64,000 bases of DNA from Hemiscyllium ocellatum (lineage: Eukaryota), in assembly GCF_020745735.1 (NCBI RefSeq), contig NC_083420.1, positions 76,027,465 to 76,091,464 of the forward strand, written 5' to 3'. Within the stretch, counting starts at the first letter, position 1; every line of letters starts with the position of its first letter. The translations under genes were made by a program, and so were the position numbers. This document shows positions 11,833 through 23,129 of the stretch, in pieces. The notes beneath the pieces were generated by a model. It saw nothing but the letters and a program-made list of their open reading frames with translations. It made no database searches and had not been told where the DNA came from.

Positions 11833-12507
11833 GAAAGTGAGGTCTGCAGATGCTGGAGTATCAGAGCTGAAAATGTGTTGCTGGAAAAGCGCAGCAGGTC
11901 AGGCAGCAACCAAGGAACAGGAAATTCGACGTTTCGGGCATAAGCCCTTCATCAGGAATGAGGAAAGTGTGTCCAGCAGGCTAAGATAAAAGGTAGGAAG
12001 GAGGGACTTGGGGGAGGGGTGATGGAGATGTGATAGGTGGAAGGATGTCAAGGTGAGGGTGATAGGCCGGAGTGGGGTGGGGGCGGAGAGGTTAGGAAGA
12101 AGATTGCAGGTTAGGAAGGGGGTGCTGAGTTCGAGGGATTCGACTGAGACAAAGTGGGAGGAGGGAAAACGAGGAAACTGGAGAAATCTGAGTTCATCCC
12201 TTGTGGTTGGAGGGTTCCCAGGTGGAAAATGAGGTGCTCTTCCTCCAACCGTCGTGTTGTTATGGTCTGGCGATGGACCTGCATGTCCTTGGTGGAGTGG
12301 GAGGGGGAGTTAAAGTGTTGAGCCACGGGGTGGTTGGGTTGGTTGGTCCGGTGTCTCAGAGGTGTTCTCTGAAATGTTCCGCAAGTAGGTGGCCCGTCTC
12401 CCCAATATAGAGGAGGCCACATCGGGTGCAGCGGATGCAATAGATGATGTGTGTGGAGGTGCAGGTGAATTTGTGGCGGATATGGAAGGATCCCTTGGGG
12501 CCTTGGA
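11833..12507 (-). mobile_element. 5'-truncated Penelope-like element: GIY-YIG endonuclease 3' end plus pseudo-LTR, inserted in a CR1 relic (copy B ~54623-55297)
   Basis: Minus strand reads ...FTCTSTHIIYCIRCTRCGLLYIG (GIY-YIG) and HPVAQHFNSPSH...RRLEEEHLIFHLGTLQPQGMN, then the pLTR. A 10-bp direct repeat ggaataatgt at 11816-11825 and 12505-12514 may be the TSD. Confidence 0.85.
11924..11959 (-). ncRNA. Minimal hammerhead ribozyme motif in Penelope pLTR (intact core; copy B 54714-54749)
   Basis: Minus strand: AUUC-CUGAUGA-A-GGGC uuau GCCC-GAAA-C-GUC^-GAAU. Conserved CUGAnGA/GAAA core, 4-bp stem II, 4-bp stem I, and helix III reduced to palindromic ACGU, the dimer-type minimal HHR known from PLE LTRs. 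Confidence 0.78.
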
Positions 12508-12509
12508 AT

Positions 12510-13240
12510 AATGTACAGGTCACTTATTCAAAGATGCACGTCTAAATGAGGGAGACAAACAAAGGGATTTCAGACAATTACATCAGTCACTAACAATTTC
12601 ACCACAGGTTCCAAAGGCCATAAAAATGCAAACAAAGTACTAAGTTTTATCTCTAAAGGGATAGATTTGAAAGTAGGGTCACTATAAAAATTTGGTTGAC
12701 TTTAATTAAGAGTATTGTTTGCAGTTCGAGTTGACATATTATAGAATGTATGAGAGAGAGTAAAGAGATGATATATGAGAAAGCTCCACAAGTTTCTGGC
12801 TGTGTATATCCAGGAAGAATTGTTGTGCTGATCACTTCTGTCTTGAAAAGAAGGCTGACAGTTCGAAAATTAAGAAAAGTTTTGAAAAGAGAAGGTACAA
12901 AGAAAACATTTCACTGTGGGATAGATTATAATTCGAGGCTGTCAATATAAGACTGTACCTCAAGAAGTCCAAAAGGGAATTCAGAAGAAACCTCTTCACT
13001 GAAAGAATGATGAGAATGGGGAATATGTGACCAGACGGAATAGTTGAAATCAATAGTTTAGATGTATTTCAAGGAAACTAGGCGAGCACTAGGAAGGGAT
13101 GGGAATAGAGAATTACAACGGGCGATTTAGATGAGGAAAGATGTGAAACACCTTGAGTAGAACATAAGCACTGGCATGAACTGATTGTGCCAAATGGTCT
13201 GTTTTTCCTTTGTAATCCTATGTAGAAAATCACCATTGCA
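12510..13240 (+). mobile_element. Degenerate CR1-type LINE 3' region (copy B ~55300-56030)
   Basis: tataaaaatttggttgac..agagtattg (YK.LV...EY), aggctgacag, gggaattcagaagaaacctcttcact..gaatgatgagaatgg. Continues the CR1 relic left of the Penelope insertion. Confidence 0.6.
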
Positions 13241-14270
13241 TGAAACAAAAAGTGCATTAAGAACATTTAGAAGAATTATAAAGTTTCTCACAAAAAGTCT
13301 CAAGTATCCAGCACTGAATGTAAATGATTTTATCACATGGCCACACTTCACGATTTGCTTGATAGCACTGAAACAGCAGGAATCACAGTCCTCTTACTAG
13401 GAGTAGGAGTAACCCATCGTCCTTGCACCAATTGGGGGATCTTAATGACTTATTAATGGCCTCAGTAGGAGCTGCCAACCTGGTCCTGGGAATGTTGTGA
13501 ACACTCTAGCCCTCACGGCTTCTTTCACTCACTTACTCTGATTTCCAGTTCCCGTAATGATCACCACCATGGACAGGAGACTGTTCCAGTATGCAGATGG
13601 GATACCCTGTTGTGAGCCACAAGGTACTTCATTAGGAGGGACATCCTCCAGGTGTGTCACTAGGATGCAGGGGGAGGTCTCCCACACAATGGAGGACCTT
13701 ACTGCTAATAAACTGCCAGCATTGGCTGGAACACACTCTACATTTACCACCTGAGTGGTCATCCTTTCCCGAATTTGGGATCAATAACATACTACGGAGG
13801 TGGAATCTCCTTCCTTCCCTTCTCATCTTCCACCCTATTATCCACCTAATGATCTTGCAGCCTGTCCCTAGAGGGCTGATAGAACCCAGTCCCATTCCAA
13901 TATTCAAGAACATGAAGAGCTGCCCACCTGGTCAAAATTGTTAAAGCTTAACACAAATAGTCTTGGCCTGACCGTCAAATTCTAAAGTGTAACTTGAGAT
14001 GAGTTCAATAAAAATGGCAGAAGTACAGAAACAACCACTTCCATCCGTCAGAAACACATTTCTATGAATGGGAACGGGTGGACCGCTATTTGGAATGGAG
14101 CAGTGCATTTGAAAAAGTTAATGAGGAGCAGCAATGTTTTGAGTTGGACGTGTGCACAGTTTGAAGCTGTTTGCTGATTCGGTTTTGCTAAAGGTTTGGC
14201 AGATACATTCCAATGAAAATCAATTAAATCTGCCAAAGTGGATATTAATACTCACGTTTATGAGATGCTT

Positions 14271-15021
14271 TAACATAGAACATAGAAAAATACAACACAG
14301 AACAGGCCCTTTGGCCCACAACAGTGTGCCGAGGTCTAATCCTAATGTAAAATATTACAACCTACACACCCCTCAACTCACTGCGAAACATGTGCATGTC
14401 CAGCAGTCACTTAAATGTCCCTAATGACTCTGCTTCCACCACCACCGCTGGCAATGTATTCCATGCATTCACAACACTCTGTGTAAAGAACCTACTCTAA
14501 TATCTCCTCTATACCTGTCTCCTAATATCTTAAAATTATGACCCCCTCGTACCAGTCAATCCTGCCCTGGGGAACAGTCTCTAGCTATTGACTTTATCTA
14601 TTCCTCTCATTATGTTGTATACCTCAATCAGGTCTCCTCTCTTCTTCCTTCTCCAGAGAGAAAAGTCTGAGCTTATTCAACCTTTCTTCATAAGGCATGC
14701 CCTCCAGTTCAGGCAGCATCCTGGCAAACCTTCTTTGCACGCTCTCCAAAGCCTCTATCTATTTCTTATAGCAGGGCGACCAGAACTGGACACAATATTC
14801 CAGGTGTGGTCTCACCAGGGACTTGTAGAGCTGTAGCAAAACCTCGCTGCTCTCAAACTCGATTCCACTGTAAATGAAAGCCTAAACACCATATGCTTTC
14901 TTAACAACCCTATCCACTTGGGTGGCAACTTTGAGGGATCCATGAACTTGCACACCCAGATCCCTCTGTTCCTCCACACCGCCAAGAATCCTGCCTTTAA
15001 CCCTATATTCAGCATTCAAGT
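14271..15021 (-). mobile_element. CR1-type LINE 3' end with (GTTCTAT)n tail, minus strand (copy B ~57061-57811)
   Basis: aacatagaacatagaa tail followed by the reverse complement of a well-preserved CR1 RT C-terminus (ctggacacaatattccaggtgtggtctcacc = VRPHLEYCVQF). Confidence 0.8.
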
Positions 15022-15695
15022 GAGAATGAGTACCAGAGGGCATGTAAGGAAGTTTATCAGTAAGGTACAGCTAATTAAGGGGGCTTGACCATACTCATGG
15101 ACAAAAAGATATAAAGCAATCAGAGAACCAAAGAACAGAGTGTGTATATAAGGGGTACAAGAGACAGCGTGGATCAAGGCCTTGAAGAATTTAGAGATAG
15201 ACATACGTTTAAACTCAATACATTCGATGATAATGAGCCAGTTAAGATCTCAGTCCTTTCTCTGTAAGCACAAGTTTAAGTTTACCAGTCTTGTCCAGGT
15301 CAGCATTAAATGGGATTTTTATTTGCACTGTACACATCTCCTGATTTCACAAGATATCTCAGTTTTGTAAATGCAATAGAATGCATTATCCACCGTTTCA
15401 GCAATTCCTTTAATACAAGTTACAGAAATAAACAACTTTCCAAAGCTGTCTTTCCACAGCCAGACTGAATACAATATTCCAAAAAGGATCTGCATGTACA
15501 AAGTGGGTTGTCAGGGGGTTTAAATCAATTCAAATTCGAAACTAGATTCCATTTTAATTATATCAACTGTGTTGGATACTCCATTAACAAAAGGATCCCA
15601 TAATCAAACGGTTGTTTGCAAATTTAGAAATTGGGTATTGTATATAAAATAGGACATTGCTCTTTTTTTTGTCTTGCATACATCAGGATAGCTGC

Positions 15696-15795
15696 NNNNN
15701 NNNNNNNNNNNNNNNNNNNNNNNNNNNNNNNNNNNNNNNNNNNNNNNNNNNNNNNNNNNNNNNNNNNNNNNNNNNNNNNNNNNNNNNNNNNNNNN
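15696..15795. other. Assembly gap (100 N)
   Basis: Exactly 100 Ns, the usual placeholder for a gap of unknown size. Adjacency of the flanking contigs is not proven by sequence. Confidence 0.98.
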
Positions 15796-16230
15796 AACTG
15801 AAAAGAAGCTCTATTTTTACCACAGCTGAATACTGTGGACTGTTCTTGGGACTCATCTCACAAAGAAAAGGTACACTGGACTGTGAGACAATCCACACGA
15901 GGTTTAGTCGACTGATCCTGAGGATGGAGGGACTGTCTTGAGAGTAGAGACTGAGTCGTTTGGCCTATACTCATTAGAACATAGAAGATTCAGTGGTGAC
16001 ATTCTGAAACATCTATTATTTTCAGGAAACTTGATGTGTAAATGCAGAAATGTTGTTTCCCCTTGTGGGAGAGGTTCAGGCCAGTGAGTAAAATCTCTGA
16101 ATTAGAGGTCACAAAATCAGGCAGAACAGAATTTTGTCTCCCAGAATGTAGTGAATCTGTGGAATTTGTTTCCATAGAACACTGAAGGCTGAAATGGGCA
16201 GGTTTTGATTTGGGAATTGAATCAATGCTT
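15796..16230 (+). mobile_element. CR1-type LINE 3' fragment
   Basis: gactgatcctgaggatggagggactgtct...tatactcattagaacatagaagattcagtggtgac (R.IP.M.GLSY...LYSLE.RR.RGD). Confidence 0.65.
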
Positions 16231-18644
16231 ACAGTTAAACGCTGTAAAAATGGAGGTGAGGATTATCAGCTCAGCTATGATGTCATTGTTTGGAAGCCCA
16301 AACCCCATTGGCTGAACAGACCGCTTCTGGTTCCCTCTCATTGACTTTTGCTCTAAGTTAGTCTTTTCAGAATTATATAGGTCTCATCTAAATTAACCTC
16401 CATGTTTGAAGCCCAGCTGCTTCAATCCCCCCTCATCATGAAAAAAGACAGGGATCATCTTTCTCACTGTTTGTGGCATTGCATTCTGCCTCTAATGCAG
16501 TGACTACATTTATAGTCCTTCAGTTCTGTTAAATATTTGTCAAACACAACCACGGCTGTCACAGAAAAGGTAAAAGACAGATCAAAACTACATTTAAACT
16601 ACCATATCAAGCACACTGTCGGCATGTGTTGCATGGAATACACACATGTTGCATATTAAAGCTCTCTCATACTCATCCATTAAACACTGCAAGGGTTGTT
16701 CAGAGATGATTTGCTTATGTGTGTGTGTATGTCTGTGCCTGTAAATGATAGTCTACTTGTATAACAAAGTTTCGATGCATAGTGTTGTTCCCATTTATTC
16801 TGGTGTCAAGCATTTCAAAATCAGAAAGACAGTGGGTAGGAGTTCAAATCCCTTTACACGGCTACATCAAATGTTTTCTGTGATTGTACAGCTCATGTAA
16901 TGTGCTGGGTAAATCTCCCTCTATATTGTGTTGTCCAATGCAATCATGTCAAATATATTTTGGTTTAGACACAGAGTAGAGCTGCATCCAGGATTCCCTA
17001 AAAAACATCCTCCCAGAGTCGATACAGAATAAATTGACCTCTATAATATTAAACCTTCCATGAGATGTGCAGCGTAAGGTTAATTATAAATATGCATTAC
17101 ATTGAACCATTAAACATTCCTCAGACAAGAATAATAGTGCAGAGATACAATGAAAACACTAACACAGTAAAGTCTTGCAGCCTCATTCCTATCAAGCGTT
17201 TCCAGATCACTCAATGCTCAGACAGATTTTTGAGAAAATCTTGCTGTCCTGACTCAAATCTCTCGAAAGAAATGGATGAATTTGGCTGAGAGGCAATGTT
17301 GGTGAGGTGTTGGCTTCATGTTATTGGGGAAAACATTGTCCGATTGTGGAGAGGCAAAACAAGGCATCAGAGATAAAGAAAAAAGGGGGAAGGCATGAGG
17401 GGAAGAGAGAAAAAGAGACACAGAAATATTAGGTGTGCCAATGTATCTCTTAATTATAGTTTTTTGACTAAACATGACAATTGATACCTCTGTCATTCAA
17501 CAATCATACAACTTATGTATTAAAAAGTCCGAACATCAATTAGTATTGGAATCCATTGAGTTATTTGCATTTTTTCCACAATTCGTGTGCTGTGCTTGTA
17601 GGGAAATATAAATGAGGGTTTTGTGGTTCTGTAATCTATTCTGAGAATTCTATTTCTGTGTTTATTTACATAAGTGCTTAATTGGCTTCAAGGAAGTGAT
17701 GTTGGCAGCAAAGCCAGGTGAATGAAGTGATTTGTTGGTAAGTTTCAAATCGAAACAAGTTTATTTTAAGAATGTTGACCATTTGCAGAAGTGAATAAAA
17801 ATTTATGAAGCCGAATTACAACAGATTTTATTTATTTCTGAAAGATAAATAATTTAAAACTTTTATTTAGGTTAACAATTCAGTGCTGAAAATTCTGCAA
17901 ATTTAGAATATTCACGTGAAATACAGGAACTGCCGCAACAATTACATTTAATTGATATAGTTGTTACGAGGTTTCGTTACACGTATTACTTAATGGTAAG
18001 GGTCAGCAATGAGTCCCTATCGCCAACTGCCCATTGAATAGCTTGCTAAAGCCACTTCAGAACACAGTCAATTACTTCCCAGTGGGTCTGGAATCTCATG
18101 TCGGCCAGACCATGTAGATGTGACAGATGCCTTGTCACTCGTGAACCAGCTGTTTTTGTATTTTCCATTGACTCGGGTTACATGGTCATCATTTGCCTTC
18201 CTTTGTGATTCCAGGATTTCTTTAAATTCAAATTTCACTCAAATGCAAAACAATGATCCAAACCCTGGCCATTCAACATCAAAGTGGAGTTCGAGAATAC
18301 TGTTCTCATGATATCATCACTGTGATCCGAATTTTGGTAATGCACAGAAATGCAATGAATCTGACACTTTACATCATGAACAAATATTGGAGTGGAATAC
18401 TGGCAAGAACTCTCTTGCTGTTCACAGCAACATCACATTGCATCCAATCACCAATCTAAAATCTGTCTGAAGAGCCTGACTCACCGTCATTTGCATTTGT
18501 TGACTTCTTCACTGAATTATGAAAGCGTTAGTCACATATCCCAAGGTGGTCATCAGCTCCCATTTTGAGGCCTGCCATCTTGTTCGGCTAATTATGGTTG
18601 ATCTTTCTTAAGAAGCTTTATTACAACCAAATGGCTCCTCAGTC

Positions 18645-18862
18645 GAGACTGTAGTGCTGGAAAAGTACAGCAGGTCAGGCAGCATCCGAGGAGCAGGAGA
18701 ATCGACGTTTTGGGCATAAAGCCTTTATTAAGATACCTGATGTAGTTGTTATGCCTGGAACGTTGATTCTCCTGCCCCTTGGATGCTGCCTGACCTGCTG
18801 TGCTTTTCCAGCACTACATTCTCAACTCAGATCTACAGCACCTGCTGTCCTCACTTTCTCCT
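18645..18862. mobile_element. Older fold-back Penelope pLTR-derived element (family 1)
   Basis: gtagtgctggaaaagtacagcaggtcaggcagcatcc... is followed by its diverged reverse complement ...ggatgctgcctgacctgctgtgcttttccagcactac. Hammerhead core decayed. Confidence 0.7.
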
Positions 18863-19508
18863 GATGGGTTTCTTAGTCAGGTTCGGCACAGGAAAGGAAC
18901 CATCGCCTTTTTGTTGAACAGATAGGGAAGGCCAGGTAGGAAGGTCGCACATCCTCCTCTGAAGGATAATACTGAACCATGTAACATGCTTCAAAACTTT
19001 GGTAGGTCTGTGATTATCATTCGTTACTTCAGCAGTTTCATTTCATACTCTTTCATTAATTGAAGCTACTATGGTATAGTTTGATTCTGGAACTTTACTC
19101 CAAACCTTTTGATTGCTTATTACATGCTCATAATGCCTCCTTAACCACTTTCTCAAACTGTCATGTTAGCCTCAATGATTTTTTTATTGACTCATGGAAC
19201 ACGGTGGTTGCTTTTAGTTGTCGGTAGGTGTCCTTCAGAAGATGGCAGAAAGCTGCCTTTCTGAAATAACATCTTCCAAAATGACCTGAGGAAGGGAATT
19301 CCAGATTTTGACCCAGTTACAGTAAAAGATCGATGATATATTTCCATGTCAGGATGCTGAGTAGTTTAGAGAGGAGCTTACAGTGGTGCTGCTCCCATGT
19401 GTCTGTTGTTCTTATCCATCGAGATGCAAGTGGTAGTGGGAAGGTACTGTGTAAGGAAGTGGCTAAGTTACTGCAGTGCAGTATTTTAGATAGTGCATAC
19501 GGCAGGTA

Positions 19509-19600
19509 TGCCTGAAGAAGGGCTTATGCCCGAAACATCGATTCTCCTGCTCCTTGGATGCTGCCTGACCTGCTGCGCTTTTCTAGCAACACATTTTTCA
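19509..19600 (+). mobile_element. Solo 92-bp Penelope pLTR fragment starting at the hammerhead, with 14-bp TSD
   Basis: cCTGAAGAagggcttatgcccGAAAcATC (G-to-A decay in helix III). Flanked by gcata(c/t)ggcaggta at 19495-19508 and 19601-19614. Confidence 0.8.
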
Positions 19601-20434
19601 GCATATGGCAGGTACTAAGCATCAGATTTGGAGGCAATGGACGCTTGTGGATGTGCTGCTGATCAAGTGGGATGCTTTGTCCTGGACAATGCCTAGCTTC
19701 TTGAGTGCAGTTGAAGGTGCTCCTGTCCAGTCAAAGGGCGAGCTGTGCTATTACCCTCCTGACTTCTGTCTCTTAGACAGTCAGTTGGCTTTGCAAGTCA
19801 GGAGGGTGAGTTACTCGCTGCAGTATTCCTAGCCTCTGGCCTGCTCTTACAACCATTGTATTTATATGGAGTGTCCAGCTCAATTTCTAATGAACAATAA
19901 AACCCAGGATGTCGATGGTGAGGGATTCCGTGATGGTAACACTATTGAATGTCAAGGGGTTTTGGTTAGATTGTCTCTTATTGTCAATGGTCATTGTCTC
20001 GCAGGTTTGTGGTGTGAATGCTATTTGCCACTTGTCAGCTCAAGGCTGGAAATTGTCCAGATTTTGTTGCGTTTGAATGTGGACTGAGCAGTCCCAAAAA
20101 AAATGCTAGATCAATGCAGATTTCACTTCTGACCTTCTGAGGGAGGGAAAGGCATTGCTGAAGCAGCTGAACATGATTGGGCCAAGGACACTTTCTTTAG
20201 GAACTCCAACAGAGATTTGCTTTGGCTGAGACGACTACCCTCTAACAAGCAGTGCCACCTTCCAATGTGTGAGGTCTGACTGCAGGCAGCAGGGAGGTTG
20301 TCACCTGATACCCATTGAATCCAGTTTTGCTAGGACTCCATAATATCACACTCTGTCGAATGTGACCTTAATGTGAAGGGCTGTCACTCTTCCCTCATTT
20401 CTGGAATTCAGTTCTTTGTCCATGTTTAAATCAA

Positions 20435-20661
20435 CTAGGAGAAAGTGAGGACCGCAGATGCTGGAGATCAGAGCTTAAAAATGTGTTGCTGGAAAAGCGC
20501 AGCAGGTCAGGCAGCATCAAAGGAGCAGGAGAATCGGCGTTTCGGGCATAAGCCCTTCTTCAGGAATCAGGCTTCAGAAGGGCTTATGCCCAAAACGTCG
20601 ATTCTCCTGCTCCTTTGATGCTGCCTGACCTGCTGCGCTTTTCCAGCAACACATTTTTAAG
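20435..20661. mobile_element. Fold-back Penelope pLTR-derived element (family 1) with 15-bp TSD
   Basis: 86-bp arms 20474-20559 and 20576-20661 are reverse complements with 2 mismatches and a 16-nt spacer. ccatgtttaaatcaa at 20420-20434 and 20662-20676. Confidence 0.88.
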
Positions 20662-23129
20662 CCATGTTTAAATCAAGTCTGTAATTCAGTCATGAGCTGA
20701 GTAGGCCTTGCGCAACCCACATTTTATGTCACTGAGCAGGTTATTACTGAGCTAGTGCTGCTTGATAGCACTGTTGAAAGCACCTTCCTACACCTAACTC
20801 ATGATTGAGCATGGACTGATGGAGCAGTAATTCGCCAGGGTGGTTTGACCTATTTTCTGTGCACAGGACATGCCTGGCCTATTTTCCACATTGTCCATGC
20901 CAGTGTGGTAGCTGTACTCGGAGTGCTTGGCTAGCACAAGTCAGCAGTATTATTGCCAGAATTTTGTCAGGCTCCATAGCATTTGCAGTAACCAGTGCCC
21001 CCCGCCCAACAGTGCCTTCATTTCACATGGAGAGAAGCGAATTCCCTGAAGACAGGTATCTGTGATATTGGTGATCTATAGAAGATGCCGAGATGGATCA
21101 GACAATTGGCACTTCTGGCTGACGATTGCTGTGAATGCTTCAGCCTTAACTTTTGCGCTGATGTGTTGTGCTCTCCAAAGCAGAGCAAGGGGATATCTGT
21201 GGAGCTTATTCCTTCAATGAGTTGTTTAATTATCAACTTTAGTTCATGACTTGATGTGGCAGCACTGCAGGCTCAGACCCCAGTTTCCTAAAGTAATGGT
21301 CTAGCCACAATATCTCCAGACTATAACTCCAACCCACACTCCATGATGTGGATATGCACAACAGAAGATCGCTTATCCTTTGTATTTGTAGATTCCAACA
21401 ATGCATCGTATATTCACTTCATTTGTTAGTCTTGAAAATGCTTTACTTCACAGACTTTAGGATATAATGTTCTGTTTTCAATTCTTCTCTCCAACAGGCA
21501 AGGTCATCGATGTCACACTAGCTTTCCTCCTCATTAATTGCAAAACCAAACGTTTTTCACCTCATCTTTGAACTTACTGATCAAAATTGCTACATTCTTG
21601 ACTAGATCGTTCATATACGCTGCAAACAGCAAAGGATCCAGCACCAAGTCGTATAGTAAGCCACTGGACACAAGATGTCTTCACAATGACTACCTTCGAC
21701 CATTACCTTCTGCCAACAAATAAACCTTCGATGCATTTGCCAAACTGCACCAGATCCCATGAACCCTTAGTATATTGAAGATGCAAGACCTGGTCAAAAA
21801 CCTGATTGAAGTCAAGAAGCATTACATCCACTTTTTACACCCGATGGCACATCTCATTGCCTCTGCGGAAAACAGAATCAACCACTTCCGATATGATCTC
21901 ACTTCCACCAAAGCCCTGCTGAATTTTATTGCTTAAACCTTACAATTCCAACTTTTAATGAATGCTGTCTCTTAGATTTATTTATTACCTTCCCTCAAGC
22001 TTTCTACTTTTAAACATAGGTTTATGAGCGAAACTACATATTGTCATTTCGCTCCTTTCACCCGATGATATCTCTTCTTATCTCTCTGACAGATAATTTA
22101 CTCGAGCTGAAATAATCTTGTGTCTCTTCTGCTTCATTCTGGAAAATGGGAATGGAATTGAATACAATGTTGAGACCAACAGCAAACTGTCCGTTTGTTC
22201 TTGACACTGTCAGTGTGTGTTCACCCTCAGAGGTAGGAAGACTGTTTGTGCTGATAATACGGAAAGTAGCGCCTGATGTATCATTCTCAGCTGGCGCGCA
22301 ACTTCCTGTTTCTATGTGCCAGCAGCAAGCCACACATCTCACTTCTGATCAGAAAATAAACCCAGGGGATACAATCTGGCAGAAACATCTGCCAATGTGG
22401 CCTAGATCAGGACACAGAGTGTGAAGTGATCACATTGAAGTGACATTTGCAAATCGACCTTTCGATCTCTATTTCACGGTCTGATTCCAGGACGTCGTTG
22501 GACGAGTCTCTCGACGATCTAACAAGCTCATTCGATTCACTAACGTCTGGAACACATTGACATGCACCTTTTCATGTCTTTGATCTTGTACTACTTGTTA
22601 CTCTCTCTTCAGATTTAATGTTCCCAGCTTTTGATTCTGTCTTCTGTATCCATCACCTTCCCACCCAAATACATTCTGTTTGATCTATTTCCTAAATTTT
22701 GATCAACTAAACAAATAATACAGTTTAGTACAGACAGGTATGTTGGTGTGTCCGATTAACAGAATCAATATATGGAGAGATCATATTGGCTGTATCTAAA
22801 TCTGACCAACATTGAATTCAAATAAACCACCGCACTGTGTGGTTTCAAACCTTGCAAATCTTCTCTCTTTGATAGAGCTTGTTCTAACAGTTAATTCTTG
22901 TCTTGATTATTTCAGAAACTATAACTAAAAATTCCAAGTTTCAAATATTATTACAAGTTGCAGCACTGGCATTTCCTACAGTGAGCTTTGTGGTGTTTAA
23001 ATGTTCTGGTCAAAATTTGCTTCAAGCAGAAGACTGAACCATTGGTTTCTCTGAGTTCCCAGCCACTGCCCTTGCAGTTCCATAATAACTGCAAGCTATT
23101 GATAAGCCCCAGAATGAACAGAATGTCCA

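Larger units (their letters stand above)
1..15695 (+). repeat. Long direct duplication, copy A (Cmu1-Cmu2 intron through 3' flank); matches 42787-58484
   Basis: Sequence and ORF track recur at an offset of ~42787-42790 (e.g. ORFs 1152/43939, 3409/46196, 4183/46970, 12111/54901). About 65-70 substitutions and a few indels by eye before the error-rich last 300 bp. Copy A ends exactly at the N gap. Confidence 0.97.
19300..21260 (-). mobile_element. Degenerate non-LTR retrotransposon (CR1/L2-clade RT), minus strand, interrupted by two pLTR insertions
   Basis: Reverse-strand RT-like remnants (cccaggatgtcgatggtgagggattcc..., gtccagattttgttgc). No intact ORF; family assignment uncertain. Confidence 0.5.

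Noticed and set aside
18489-18496. Isolated octamers ATTTGCAT (18489, 60872)
   Set aside because: Expected by chance in 64 kb of AT-rich DNA, with no accompanying motif cluster.
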